Assembly (NCBI GenBank): GCA_027923505.1
Contig: BROI01000031.1
Location: 248,001-285,051 of the forward strand
Reading direction: 5' to 3'
Length of the DNA: 37,051 nucleotides
DNA from: Mayamaea pseudoterrestris
Lineage: Eukaryota
Shown: one piece after another, positions 20,901-29,860 of the stretch
Numbering within the stretch: the stretch's first letter is position 1
Layout: each line of letters opens with the position of its first letter
Translations under genes and position numbers: made by a program
The notes under the pieces: generated by a model
Databases searched by the model: none
Told to the model about the DNA's origin: nothing
What the model saw: the letters and a program-made list of their open reading frames with translations, nothing else

Positions 20901-21662
20901 AAAACTAATAATGTTTTGGTGGTGTAGTCGCTCAAGTAGTCGCACTTCGTTAACAATTCGATTTCGTTCCAACTTTGGAACGCCCGAAAGATTGACGACG
21001 TTCCAAGCGACTTCAATTCCTTCCTGCGTGTCGTAGGCTCGATAAACATCCTTGGAAGCACCGCTGCCCAGTTTTTCAAGAAATCGTACATATCTTCCTC
21101 CTGGGGATCGATCAACAATGGCATTTTGCACTTCAGGACTACGAATATACTCGTCTAGATGATCAATGTCTCTTGTATTACCCATCGAAATTGGCGTCGA
21201 TGAATGTTCCTGCTGCGGCTTCATCAAAGGTTCGATTTGAAGCGACGACTCAGGTTCTGTCAATGGATCAGCCGGACAAGAAACTGTTTCAAGATTTGTA
21301 CATGGAGTTGGCATTTCTACAATGAATGGAGGATTATCCGATCCATTCTCTGGTAGAATAACTCGCAGCACTGCTCCCGAAACGTCAGCTGCATCATCCT
21401 GTGACGGCATAATCACTTGCGAGGGAACGTCCGAGTCGACCAATGGCGTCAATGATCCAGTCGTCGTCAAGGGAGCAGAACGAATCTCCTGTTCCGTCGT
21501 AGCCGAAATAACAGAGCATGTAGTTCCCGCTGTGGAGGCAATAAGACAACCTCCTCCTGCCGATGAATTGATCGTCGTAGCAGCAGGTGCAGATGCCACC
21601 ATAACCGCATTCTCTGCATCTGACTCGGTTTTTTCAAATGAAGCAGATTGTTCTACAGTCAT
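17991..21662 (-). CDS. WNK: WNK (With-No-Lysine) Ser/Thr protein kinase
   Basis: 'LGSGASKDVYRAYDTQEGIEVAWN' places the catalytic Lys in subdomain I. Also 'HRDLKAENIFING', 'IGDLGLS', 'GTPEFMAP', CCT-like 'VQFDFHLIEDDPVQVAKEMV', a Q/P-rich region and a C-terminal coiled coil. Confidence 0.95.
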   Translation of the reverse strand: MTVEQSASFEKTESDAENAVMVASAPAATTINSSAGGGCLIASTAGTTCSVISATTEQEIRSAPLTTTGSLTPLVDSDVPSQVIMPSQDDAADVSGAVLRVILPENGSDNPPFIVEMPTPCTNLETVSCPADPLTEPESSLQIEPLMKPQQEHSSTPISMGNTRDIDHLDEYIRSPEVQNAIVDRSPGGRYVRFLEKLGSGASKDVYRAYDTQEGIEVAWNVVNLSGVPKLERNRIVNEVRLLERLHHQNIISFHGSWVNRERQEVNFVTEILSSGTLKSFINKVQLIRWKIAKRWATQILKGLEYLHSQDPPVIHRDLKAENIFINGTSGDLRIGDLGLSTVHRNGRVLSVLGTPEFMAPDMYEDGSYDVKVDIYAFGMVLLEIFTKEIPYSECMNPAQIYKKVSAGEPPEVLKRLESRHAREFVKQCLGYKDDSGNYIRPTAIELLQHPFLEIREGLDDDEVLVRPPLRESVILEAGESSYSTSQLDATPMKNRSSASGHQTSQSELDQAQQRGRSTTPPLRSLQQVAPTHLEDDDDGDRFDEMPECETNFRRVTVMMGRGHELEDKLQDLKSESATNCVGDQSLNAHSVQSMPATLAQPVGVLKRNKQYLVAAAVVGPLDPGVRPYPDDILKLIVTLPVDGQTQNVQFDFHLIEDDPVQVAKEMVQELDIPNDAILEISQTISGLARTARMQVESFNVRRNESRLATAGQASEFVENHPRSQQWERPAELSSPLLQHSGHIPGSISQILPVQGTQPTSTNTRTNPSALFQGSNHQMVHPQVQVPQQHQLASRPAQTYEQSQMQARQSIPLMQLPHSQVQAPVTLQQMRPAELHAPQPILMPPLQVQQQTPTQQFHAQQQQTIPPSNQQFALTLTQQPPFPSMPGQMQQSQQHVPQQITLQTHPHGASLLPHAIETLTQQRMPPQLIPTSGDAQVPTPAALSLSRNVPLMQLAPPLLNAETDPRDLRPPDAQAEVCATKCNLITNNEWVPELPFAANHVDPNGSNGESRTFASGELDSFRPVIAPPILQGAPPKVVERSETAGSQMESTLASSPSMNGSTGPISPTQSEDVDIDSDVSDNEMDEELRKLEEDFQKNLQRTKKVYDNRMQSLQRTLAERETQHKKTLEKHEKEKADYEKRLAQEEVDQSRRLEQLQRDWEKKRSELAESRRRAQGNAVNALANGQMQLPSSEQSSILELSDRSQERSVSNAMLQQATVHQDN

Positions 21663-22227
21663 TGTACTTCCTGTTGCGTCGTTGCAGAATCAAAAGGTGC
21701 AGCGTGGCTGCCAAGCCGGTCGTCGCCCCTATTGTTTTCGTGCGATCGCCTCGTGAAAACTTCCACCAGTAAACTCGTTAGTGACAACTATAATACCAGT
21801 ACCGATACACCCACTCGCTCGTCTTGTTTTACAGTAGCTTTACACTATAAGAGACAATCGGCCCTTGTTTACAGCAGCGAAACAATCTTCGCGATGGCGC
21901 AAACCGCAAACCGCAAACCATCATCGTCTTGCGCTGCGGCTGCGACGTGATGCAGCGAAGCGAGACGAATGAAAGTACTCTAAAGCGCATAGTGCCAGGA
22001 CAATGTGGTAGTAAGAGTACTCTTCAATCATGATTTCGCGACCCCCGAATGACTCATTTCGAACTTGTCACGATGGCCAACGGAAGTTACGCGAGCCGGT
22101 CGAGCGAGGTACAGGGCATACTGGGAGCTTCCAAAAACCCATCAAGCAAGCAAAGCAAGAAACGAACGGAAGTCGAAAGACGTTTTGTAGTTAGGGACAT
22201 AATATATATATTTTAGCTGAAATGCTG

Positions 22228-22270
22228 GACTCGTCAGCTGTCGAGTCTAGCAGAGCAAGCACGTGCTTGC
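22228..22270. other. Two adjacent palindromes flanking CTAG
   Basis: GACTCGTCAGCTGTCGAGTC (22228-22247, 18/20 self-complementary) and perfect GCAAGCACGTGCTTGC (22255-22270), followed by T-tracts. Confidence 0.6.
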
Positions 22271-23124
22271 GTTTTTTTTAATTAGATGAATTTTTTTACT
22301 TAGATGAAAGGAAAAGAGTCTCAATGCGACACACAAATTATTGTCGGCGAAAGCCGATGGACCAATGGACGATGGATGCAACCAAAGCAAACGATTGTTT
22401 CCAACTTGTGTCGTTGCTTCATAACAATGTTGAGCAGTGAGATGGAACGGCAGCTAAACAATGAACTTGAGTGTAGCGAATGGTCGTCAACTTTGTTTTA
22501 CTTGTTGATAACGACAACAATCGGGAAGAGGACTGCGTGAGCGAGACCGACGCATTGACGCATGCATTCCTTGCATTTTGCATTGGATTGCAACTCCCAG
22601 CGCTGTCTGTCACTGGTTTCTGCCACGTCTCATTTGCAACATTGGAGCATTGTTTACTCCTCATTTCCTTAAGTGGTGCCCTGGTGCCGTGGTGCCGCAT
22701 GGAGGTGATGGGGCCACATACCCACATACTGGTCGTTGCGGTGCATTGATCTATCTCACCTTCCCGGTGGTCATCCGCGACTTGTTACTGCATGGCAATG
22801 CCTTGCTCTTGCATTAGCATATAGCATAAAGGTGAAAGACTCTCATTTATAATGCTTCGTAAAGAACAAATGGTCACGCTAAGTAACCGAGATTTGTGTT
22901 AGTTGCTTGCTTGACCATGAGTGGTGATGAGAGTTTTGGGGATGTCACTTGAAATGACGTCAAGTATCTTCTTTGAGGAACACGTTTTGCTCGACCATGC
23001 TTGCTGTGCTTGATGGGTTTTGGGAAGCTCCCACTATGTAACTGGTGAGCACCCATTGTAGTATTATCGCCGGCCAAGCCAGTACCGGATTAAAGTATCC
23101 TTATGTTGGAGCCGGGTGACAGAT

Positions 23125-23376
23125 GGACTGCCAGGAGGCCTACACCATGGAATGGTCTGCAGGCTGGGTGTGGCCAACACCCTAAAATCATGGAATCATA
23201 CCACTACAATGCCCCGTGCCCTGGCCACCCAACAACCCAATGAGTCAGGCAAAACATGTCTAGGGTGTGCCATTGATATGAAGATGGTCTGAAATGGTGC
23301 AAAACGGACTGCCTGCCTGGAGGCCTAAACCATGGAATGGTCTGCAGGCTGGGTGTGGCCAACACCCCAAATTATG
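23125..23376. repeat. Satellite family A (~180 bp), left block, ~1.4 copies
   Basis: GGACTGCC..GGAGGCCTACACCATGGAATGGTCTGCAGGCTGGGTGTGGCCAACACC...GAGTCAGGCAAAACATGTC...CTGAAATGGTGCAAAAC. The second copy is truncated by array B. Confidence 0.9.
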
Positions 23377-25993
23377 AGACTGGTGACAAGTTGTCACCAG
23401 ATACATTGCCATCCCCTGAGACATCAGCCATGCCTACCATCTTGTAGCGCAGCCTGAATAATGATGTTGGCACCATTCTGGTGTATTTTGGGCACCTACA
23501 GGGCTTGCTGTAGGGGCGTTTGAATGTCACGGCATCTGCGGGCTGAGACTGGTGACAAGTTGTCACCAAATACATTGCCATCCCTTGAGACACCAGTCAA
23601 GCCTACCATCTTGTAGCGCAACCTGAATAATGATGTTGGCACCATTCTGGTGTATTTTGGGCACCTACAGGGCTTGCTGTAGGGGCGTTTGAATGTCATG
23701 GCATCTGCGGGCTGAGACTGGTGACAAGTTGTCTCCAAATACATTGCCATCCCCTGAGACACCAGCCAAGCCTACCAATTTGTAGCGCAGCATCAATAAT
23801 GATGTTGGCACCATTCTGGTGTATTTTGGGCACCTACAGGGCTTTCTGTAGGGGCGTTTGAATGTCATGGCATCTGCGGGCTGAGACTGGTGACAAGTTG
23901 TCACCAAATACATTGCCATCCCCTGAGACACCAGCCAAGCCTACTATCTTGTAGCGCAGCCTGAATAATGATGATGGCACCATTCTGGTATATTTTGGGC
24001 ACCTACAGGGCTTGCTGTAGGGGCGTTTGAATGTCACGGCATCTGCGGGCTGAGACTGGTGACAAGTTGTCACCAAATACATTGCCATCCCCTGAGACAC
24101 CAGCCAAGCCTACCATCTTGTAGCGTAGCCTGAATAATGATGTTGGCACCATTCTGGTGTATTTTGGGCACCTAAAGGGCTTGCTGTAGGGGCGTTTAAA
24201 TGTCACGGCATCTGCGGGCTGAGACTGGTGACAAGTTGTCACCAAATACATTGCCATCCCCTGAGACACCAGCCAAGCCTACCATCTTGTAGCGCAGCCT
24301 GAATAATGATGTTGGCACCATTCTGGTGTATTTTGGGCACCTACAGGGCTTGATGTAGGGGCGTTTGAAAGTCACGACATCTGCGGGCTGAGACTGTTGA
24401 CAAGTTGTCACCAAATACATGGCCATCCCCTGAGACACCAGCCAAGCCTACCATCTTGTAGCGCAGCCTGTTAAATGATGTTGGCACCATTCTGGTGTAT
24501 TTTGGGCACCTATAGGGCTTGCTGTAGGGGCGTTTGAATGCCATGGCATCTGCGGCCTGAGACTGGTGACAAGTTGTCACCAAATACATTGCCATCCCCT
24601 GAGACACCAGCCAAGCCTACCAATTTGTAGCGCAGCATCAATAATGATGTTGGCACCATTCTGGTGTATTTTGGGCACCTACAGGGCTTTCTGTAGGGGC
24701 GTTTGAATGTCATGGCATCTGCGGGCTGAGACTGGTGACAAGTTGTCACCAAATACATTGCCATCCCCTGAGACACCAGCCAAGCCTACCATCTTGTAGC
24801 GCAGCCTGAATAATGATGATGGCACCATTCTGGTATATTTTGGGCACCTACAGGGCTTGCTGTAGGGGCGTTTGAATGTCACGGCATCTGCGGGCTGAGA
24901 CTGGTGACAAGTTGTCACCAATATCATTGCCATCCCCTGAGACACCAGCCAAGCCTACCATCTTGTAGCGTAGCCTGAATAATGATGTTGGCACCATTCT
25001 GGTGTATTTTGGGCACCTAAAGGGCTTGCTGTAGGGGCGTTTAAATGTCACGGCATCTGCGGGCTGAGACTGGTGACAAGTTGTCACCAAATACATTGCC
25101 ATCCCCTGAGACACCAGCCAAGCCTACCATCTTGTAGCGCAGCCTGAATAATGATGTTGGCACCATTCTGGTGTATTTTGGGCACCTACAGGGCTTGATG
25201 TAGGGGCGTTTGAAAGTCACGACATCTGCGGGCTGAGACTGTTGACAAGTTGTCACCAAATACATGGCCATCCCCTGAGACACCAGCCAAGCCTACCATC
25301 TTGTAGCGCAGCCTGTTAAATGATGTTGGCACCATTCTGGTGTATTTTGGGCACCTATAGGGCTTGCTGTAGGGGCGTTTGAATGCCATGGCATCTGCGG
25401 CCTGAGACTGGTGACAAGTTGTCACCAAATACATTGTCATCCCCTGAGACACCAGCCAAGCCTACCAATTTGTAGCGCAGCATCAATAATGATGTTGGCA
25501 CCATTCTGGTGTATTTTGGGCACCTACAGGGCTTTCTGTAGGGGCGTTTGAATGTCATGGCATCTGCGGGCTGAGACTGGTGACAAGTTGTCACCAAATA
25601 CATTGCCATCCCCTGCGACATCAGCCAAGCCTACCATCTCGTAGCGCAGCCTGAATAATGATGTTGGCACCATTCTGGTGTATTTTGGGCACCTACAGGG
25701 CTTGCTGTAGGGGCGTTTGAATGTCACGGCATCTGCGGGCTGAGACTGGTGACAAGTTGTCACCAAATACATTGCCATCCCCTGAGACACCAGCCAAGCC
25801 TACCATCTTGTAGCGCAGCCTGAATAATGATGTTGGCACCATTCTGGTGTATTTTGGGAACCTACAGGGCTTGCTGTAGGGGCGTTTGAATGTCACGGCA
25901 TCTGTGGGCTGAGACTGTTGATAAGTTGTCACCAAATACATTGCCATCCCCTGAGACACCAGCCAAGTCTACCATCTTGTAGCGCAGCCTGAA
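23375..25993. repeat. Satellite family B: 169 bp tandem array, ~15.5 copies, with 845 bp 5-mer higher-order repeat
   Basis: TGGTGACAAGTTGTCACCA recurs at 23381, 23550, ... (period 169). Diagnostic variants recur every 845 bp. Confidence 0.97.
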
Positions 25994-26490
25994 ATGGTGC
26001 AAAACGGACTGCCTGGAGGCCTACACCATGGAATGGTCTGCAGGCTGGGTGTGTCCAACACCCCAAATTATGGAATCATACCACTACAATGTCCCGTGCC
26101 CTGGCCACCCAACAACCCAATGAGTCAGGCAAAACATGTCCAGGGTGTGCCATTGACATGAGGATGGTCTGAAATGGTGCAAAACGGACTGCCTGGAGGC
26201 CTACACCATTCCATGCAGGCTGCGTGCGGCCAACACCCCAAATTATGAAATCATACCACTACAATGCCCCATGCCCTGGCCACCCAACAACCCAATGAGT
26301 CAGGCAAATCATGTCCGGGGTGTGCCATTGACATAACGATGGTCTGAAATGGTGCAAAATGGACTGCCTGGAAGCCTACACCATGGAATGGTCTGCAGGC
26401 TGGGTGTGGCCAACACACCAAATTATGGAATCATACCACTACAATGTCCCGTGCCCTGGCCACCCAAATACCCAATGCGTCAGGCAAAAC
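25989..26490. repeat. Satellite family A, middle block (~3 copies, 175-180 bp)
   Basis: ATGGTGCAAAA anchors at 25994, 26174, 26349, 26529. Confidence 0.92.
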
Positions 26491-27257
26491 ATGTCCAGGG
26501 TATGCCATTGACAGGTGCAGAGTCTCAAATGGTGCAAAAAGGACTGCCTGGAGGCTGACACCATGGGTACGGCCTCCACTGTGGGTATGGCCAACACAAG
26601 TTGCAGATTCTTCCCAGTCAAACTCCCCCTGCCATGGCCACCCAACTACCCAATGAGTCAGGCAAAACATGTCCAGGGTATGCCATTGACAGGTGCAGAG
26701 TCTCAAATGGTGCGAAAAGGACTGCCTGGAGGCTGACACCATGTATACGGCCTCCACTGTGGGTATGGCCAACACAAGTTGCAGATTCTTCCCAGTCAAA
26801 CGCCCCCTGCCATGGCCACCCAAATACTAATGAGTCAGGCAAAACATGTCCAGGGTATGCCATTGACAGGTGCAGAGTCTCAAATGGTGCAAAAAGGACT
26901 GCCTGGAGGCTGACACCATGGGTATGGCCTCCACTGTGGGTATGGCCAACACCACAAGTTGCAGATTCTTCCCTGTCAATGGCCCCATGCCCTGGCCAGT
27001 CAAATACCCAATGAGTCGGGCAAAACATGTCCAGGGTATGCCATTAACAGGTGCAGAGTCTCAAATGGTGCAAAAAGGACTGCCTGGAGGCTGACACCAT
27101 GAGTACGGCCTCCACTGTGGGTGTGGCCAACACCACAAGTGGCAGATTCTTCCCTGTCAAACGCCCCATGCCCTGGCCACCCAAATAACCAATGAGTCAG
27201 GCAAACCATGTCCAGGGTATGCCATTGACATGTGCAGAGTCTCAAATGGTGCAAAAA
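26491..27257. repeat. Satellite A2 variant (177-181 bp), ~4 copies
   Basis: AGTCTCAAATGGTGC anchors at 26521, 26699, 26876, 27057, 27238. Shares GGACTGCCTGGAGG, GGCCAACAC and GAGTCAGGCAAAACATGTCCAGGGT with A but has distinct internal blocks. Confidence 0.92.
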
Positions 27258-27337
27258 ATTGCTGTCCTGCTATGGTACTGGAAGGGTGCCATGGATTGGT
27301 ATAGTCTCCATTTCATTGTTTTATGAACCATAAAATG

Positions 27338-29512
27338 ATTTGTGACCTTGGATCATGCCCCAAGCCAGTTTACAAAGAGGTTGTGGGGATCTGATGTTTG
27401 CCACTGCTAGGATAGGCAGTCACATAGTACCTGCCAACAGAAGCTGCTGACCTGAAGGCCAAGGCAAGCAGGAGGCTGATGCGCAAACCAAATTCACCAA
27501 GGAGATATGTCTTGTGCCCTTGGATCATGCACAGTGGCTGTACGTATAGAGTGTGTGGGCACGTCAAGTTTGCCATTGCTAGGTTGGTGTTTGGCAGTTG
27601 GGTATACATACTAGCAACTTCTGCGGATCTGGAAGCAGGCAACATGCAGGAGGCAAATGCACAAAGTGAATGCACTATACAATATCCATTTGTGACCTTG
27701 GATCATGCCCCAAGCCAGTTTACAAAGAGATTGTGGGGATCTGATGTTTGCCACTGCTAGGGTAGGCAGTCACATAGTACCTGCTAACTGAAGCTGCTGA
27801 CCTGAAGGCAGAAGGCAAGCAGGAGGCTGATGCGCAAAACAAATTCACCAAGGAGATATGTCTTGTGCCCTTGGATCATGCACAGTGGCTGTACGCATAG
27901 AGTGTGTGGGCACGTCAAGTTTGCCATTGCTAGGTTGGTGTTTGGCAGTTGGGTATACATACTAGCAACTTCTGCGGATCTGGAAGCAGGCAACATGCAG
28001 GAGGCAAATGCACAAAGTGAATGCACTATACAATATCCATTTGTGACCTTGGATCATGCCCCAAGCCAGTTTACAAAGAGATTGTGGGGATCTGATGTTT
28101 GCCACTGCTAGGGTAGGCAGTCACATAGTACCTGCTAACTGAAGCTGCTGACCTGAAGGCAGAAGGCAAGCAGGAGGCTGATGCGCAAAACAAATTCACC
28201 AAGGAGGCATGTCTTGTGCCCTGGGATCATGCACAGTGGCTGTACGCATAGAGTGTGTGGGCACTTCATGTTTGCCACTGCTAGGTTGGTGTTTGGCAGT
28301 TGCGTAGTAGATACCAGCAACTTCTGCGGATCTGGAAGCAGGCAACATGCAGGAGGCAAATGCACAAAGTGAATGCACTATACAATATCCATTTGTGACC
28401 TTGGATCATGCCCCACGCCAGTTTACAAAGAGATTGTGGGGATCTGATGTTTGCCACTGCTAGGGTAGGCAGTCACATAGTACCTGCTAACTGAAGCTCC
28501 TGACCTGAAGGCAAAAGGCAAGCAGGAGGCTGATGCGCAAAACAAATTCACCAAGGAGGTATGTCTTGTGCCCTTGGATCATGCACAGTGGCTGTACGCA
28601 TAGAGTGTGTGGGCACTTCATGTTTGCCACTGCTAGGTTGGTGTTTGGCAGTTGCGTAGTAGATACCAGCAACTTCTGCGGATCTGGAGGCAGGCAACAA
28701 GCAGGAGGCAAATGCACAATGTGAATGCGCTAAACAATATCCATTTGTGACCCTGGATCATGCCCCAAGCCAGTTTGCAAAGAGGTTGTGGGGATCTGAT
28801 GTTTGCCACTGCTAGGATAGGCAGTCACATAGTACCTGCCAACAGAACTGCTAACCTGCAGGCCAAGGCAAGCAGGAGGCTGATGCGCAAACCAAATTCA
28901 CCAAGGAGATATGTCTTGTGCCCTCAGATCATGCACAGTGGCTGTACGCATAGAGTGTGTGGGCACTTCATGTTTGCCACTGCTAGGTTGGTGTTTGGCA
29001 GTTGGGTAGTACATACCAGCAACTTCTGCGGATCTGGAAGCAGGCAACATGCAGGAGGCAAATGCACAATGTGAATGCACTATACAATATCCATTTGTGA
29101 CCTTGGATCATGCCCCAAGCCAGTTTACAAAGAGGTTGTGGGGATCTGATGTTTGCCACTGCTAGGGTAGGCAGTCACATAGTAGCTGCTAACTGAAGCT
29201 CCTGACCTGAAGGCAAAAGGCAAGCAGGAGGCTGATGCGCAAAACAAATTCACCAAGGAGGTATGTCTTGTGCCCTTGGATCATGCACAGTGGCTGTACG
29301 CATAGAGTGTGTGGGCACTTCATGTTTGCCACTGCTAGGTTGGTGTTTGGCAGTTGCGTAGTAGATACCAGCAACTTCTGCGGATCTGGAGGCAGGCAAC
29401 AAGCAGGAGGCAAATGCACAATGAGAATGCGCTAAACAATATCCATTTGTGACCCTGGATCATGCCCCAAGCCAGTTTACAAAGAGATTGTGGGGATCTG
29501 ATGTTTGCCACT
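27338..29512. repeat. Satellite family C: ~351 bp unit (two diverged ~173/178 bp halves), 6 copies plus partial
   Basis: ATTTGTGACC anchors at 27338, 27688, 28039, 28391, 28743, 29093, 29445. Both halves carry TTGTG.CCTTGGATCATGC, TTTGCCA.TGCTAGG and GCAGGAGGC. Confidence 0.95.
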
Positions 29513-29859
29513 TGTCACAATGACGATCTAGTCCAGTCGCTTGACGCGAACCTAGACGTCGCCTGGGGCGCACGAGCATAGTACTCGAACCTCCGTTGCG
29601 GTACCAGAAAAGACATCTACTCACAACTACGTCATTGAAATATTGCATGTGTGCCAGCCGCAGGCACGATTAAACAAGATTAGTATTCACTATCGTGAAT
29701 GGTCTTGAAAGAGCCATCTGATCAATCGCTCTTTCTCGACCGATCATAAATCAACTCACTTTCTAGAGAACTGCTTAATCAACTAGCGTTTTGTAGGATA
29801 AGACCCCTGTAGGATAAACCAAGGTAAAGGACTGATCATCCCGCTCACTTGAGGAAACA
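29513..29859. mobile_element. Non-repetitive CpG-rich insert between satellites; possible solo LTR
   Basis: Begins TGT exactly where the C monomer breaks and ends ACA just before A resumes. ~347 bp with ~20 CpG. No target-site duplication seen. Confidence 0.35.
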
Positions 29860-29860
29860 C

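Noticed and set aside
138..21950. Numerous 60-180 aa antisense and alternate-frame ORFs overlapping the main genes
   Set aside because: Shadow ORFs with no motifs, expected at this GC content.
22419..23077. Possible decayed transposon ORF upstream of the satellites
   Set aside because: All frames are stop-ridden and no transposase, Rep/helicase or RT motif is recognisable. Only the CpG depletion is suggestive.
23372..25959. Series of 73-88 aa 'MSQGMAMYLVTT...' ORFs on the minus strand
   Set aside because: Artefact of the 169 bp period (not a multiple of 3). The starts are mostly non-ATG and no domain is recognisable.
23375..29512. CRISPR-like array (palindromic repeat at regular spacing)
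   Set aside because: The intervening sequences are near-identical, not unique spacers. No cas genes are present and the context is eukaryotic.
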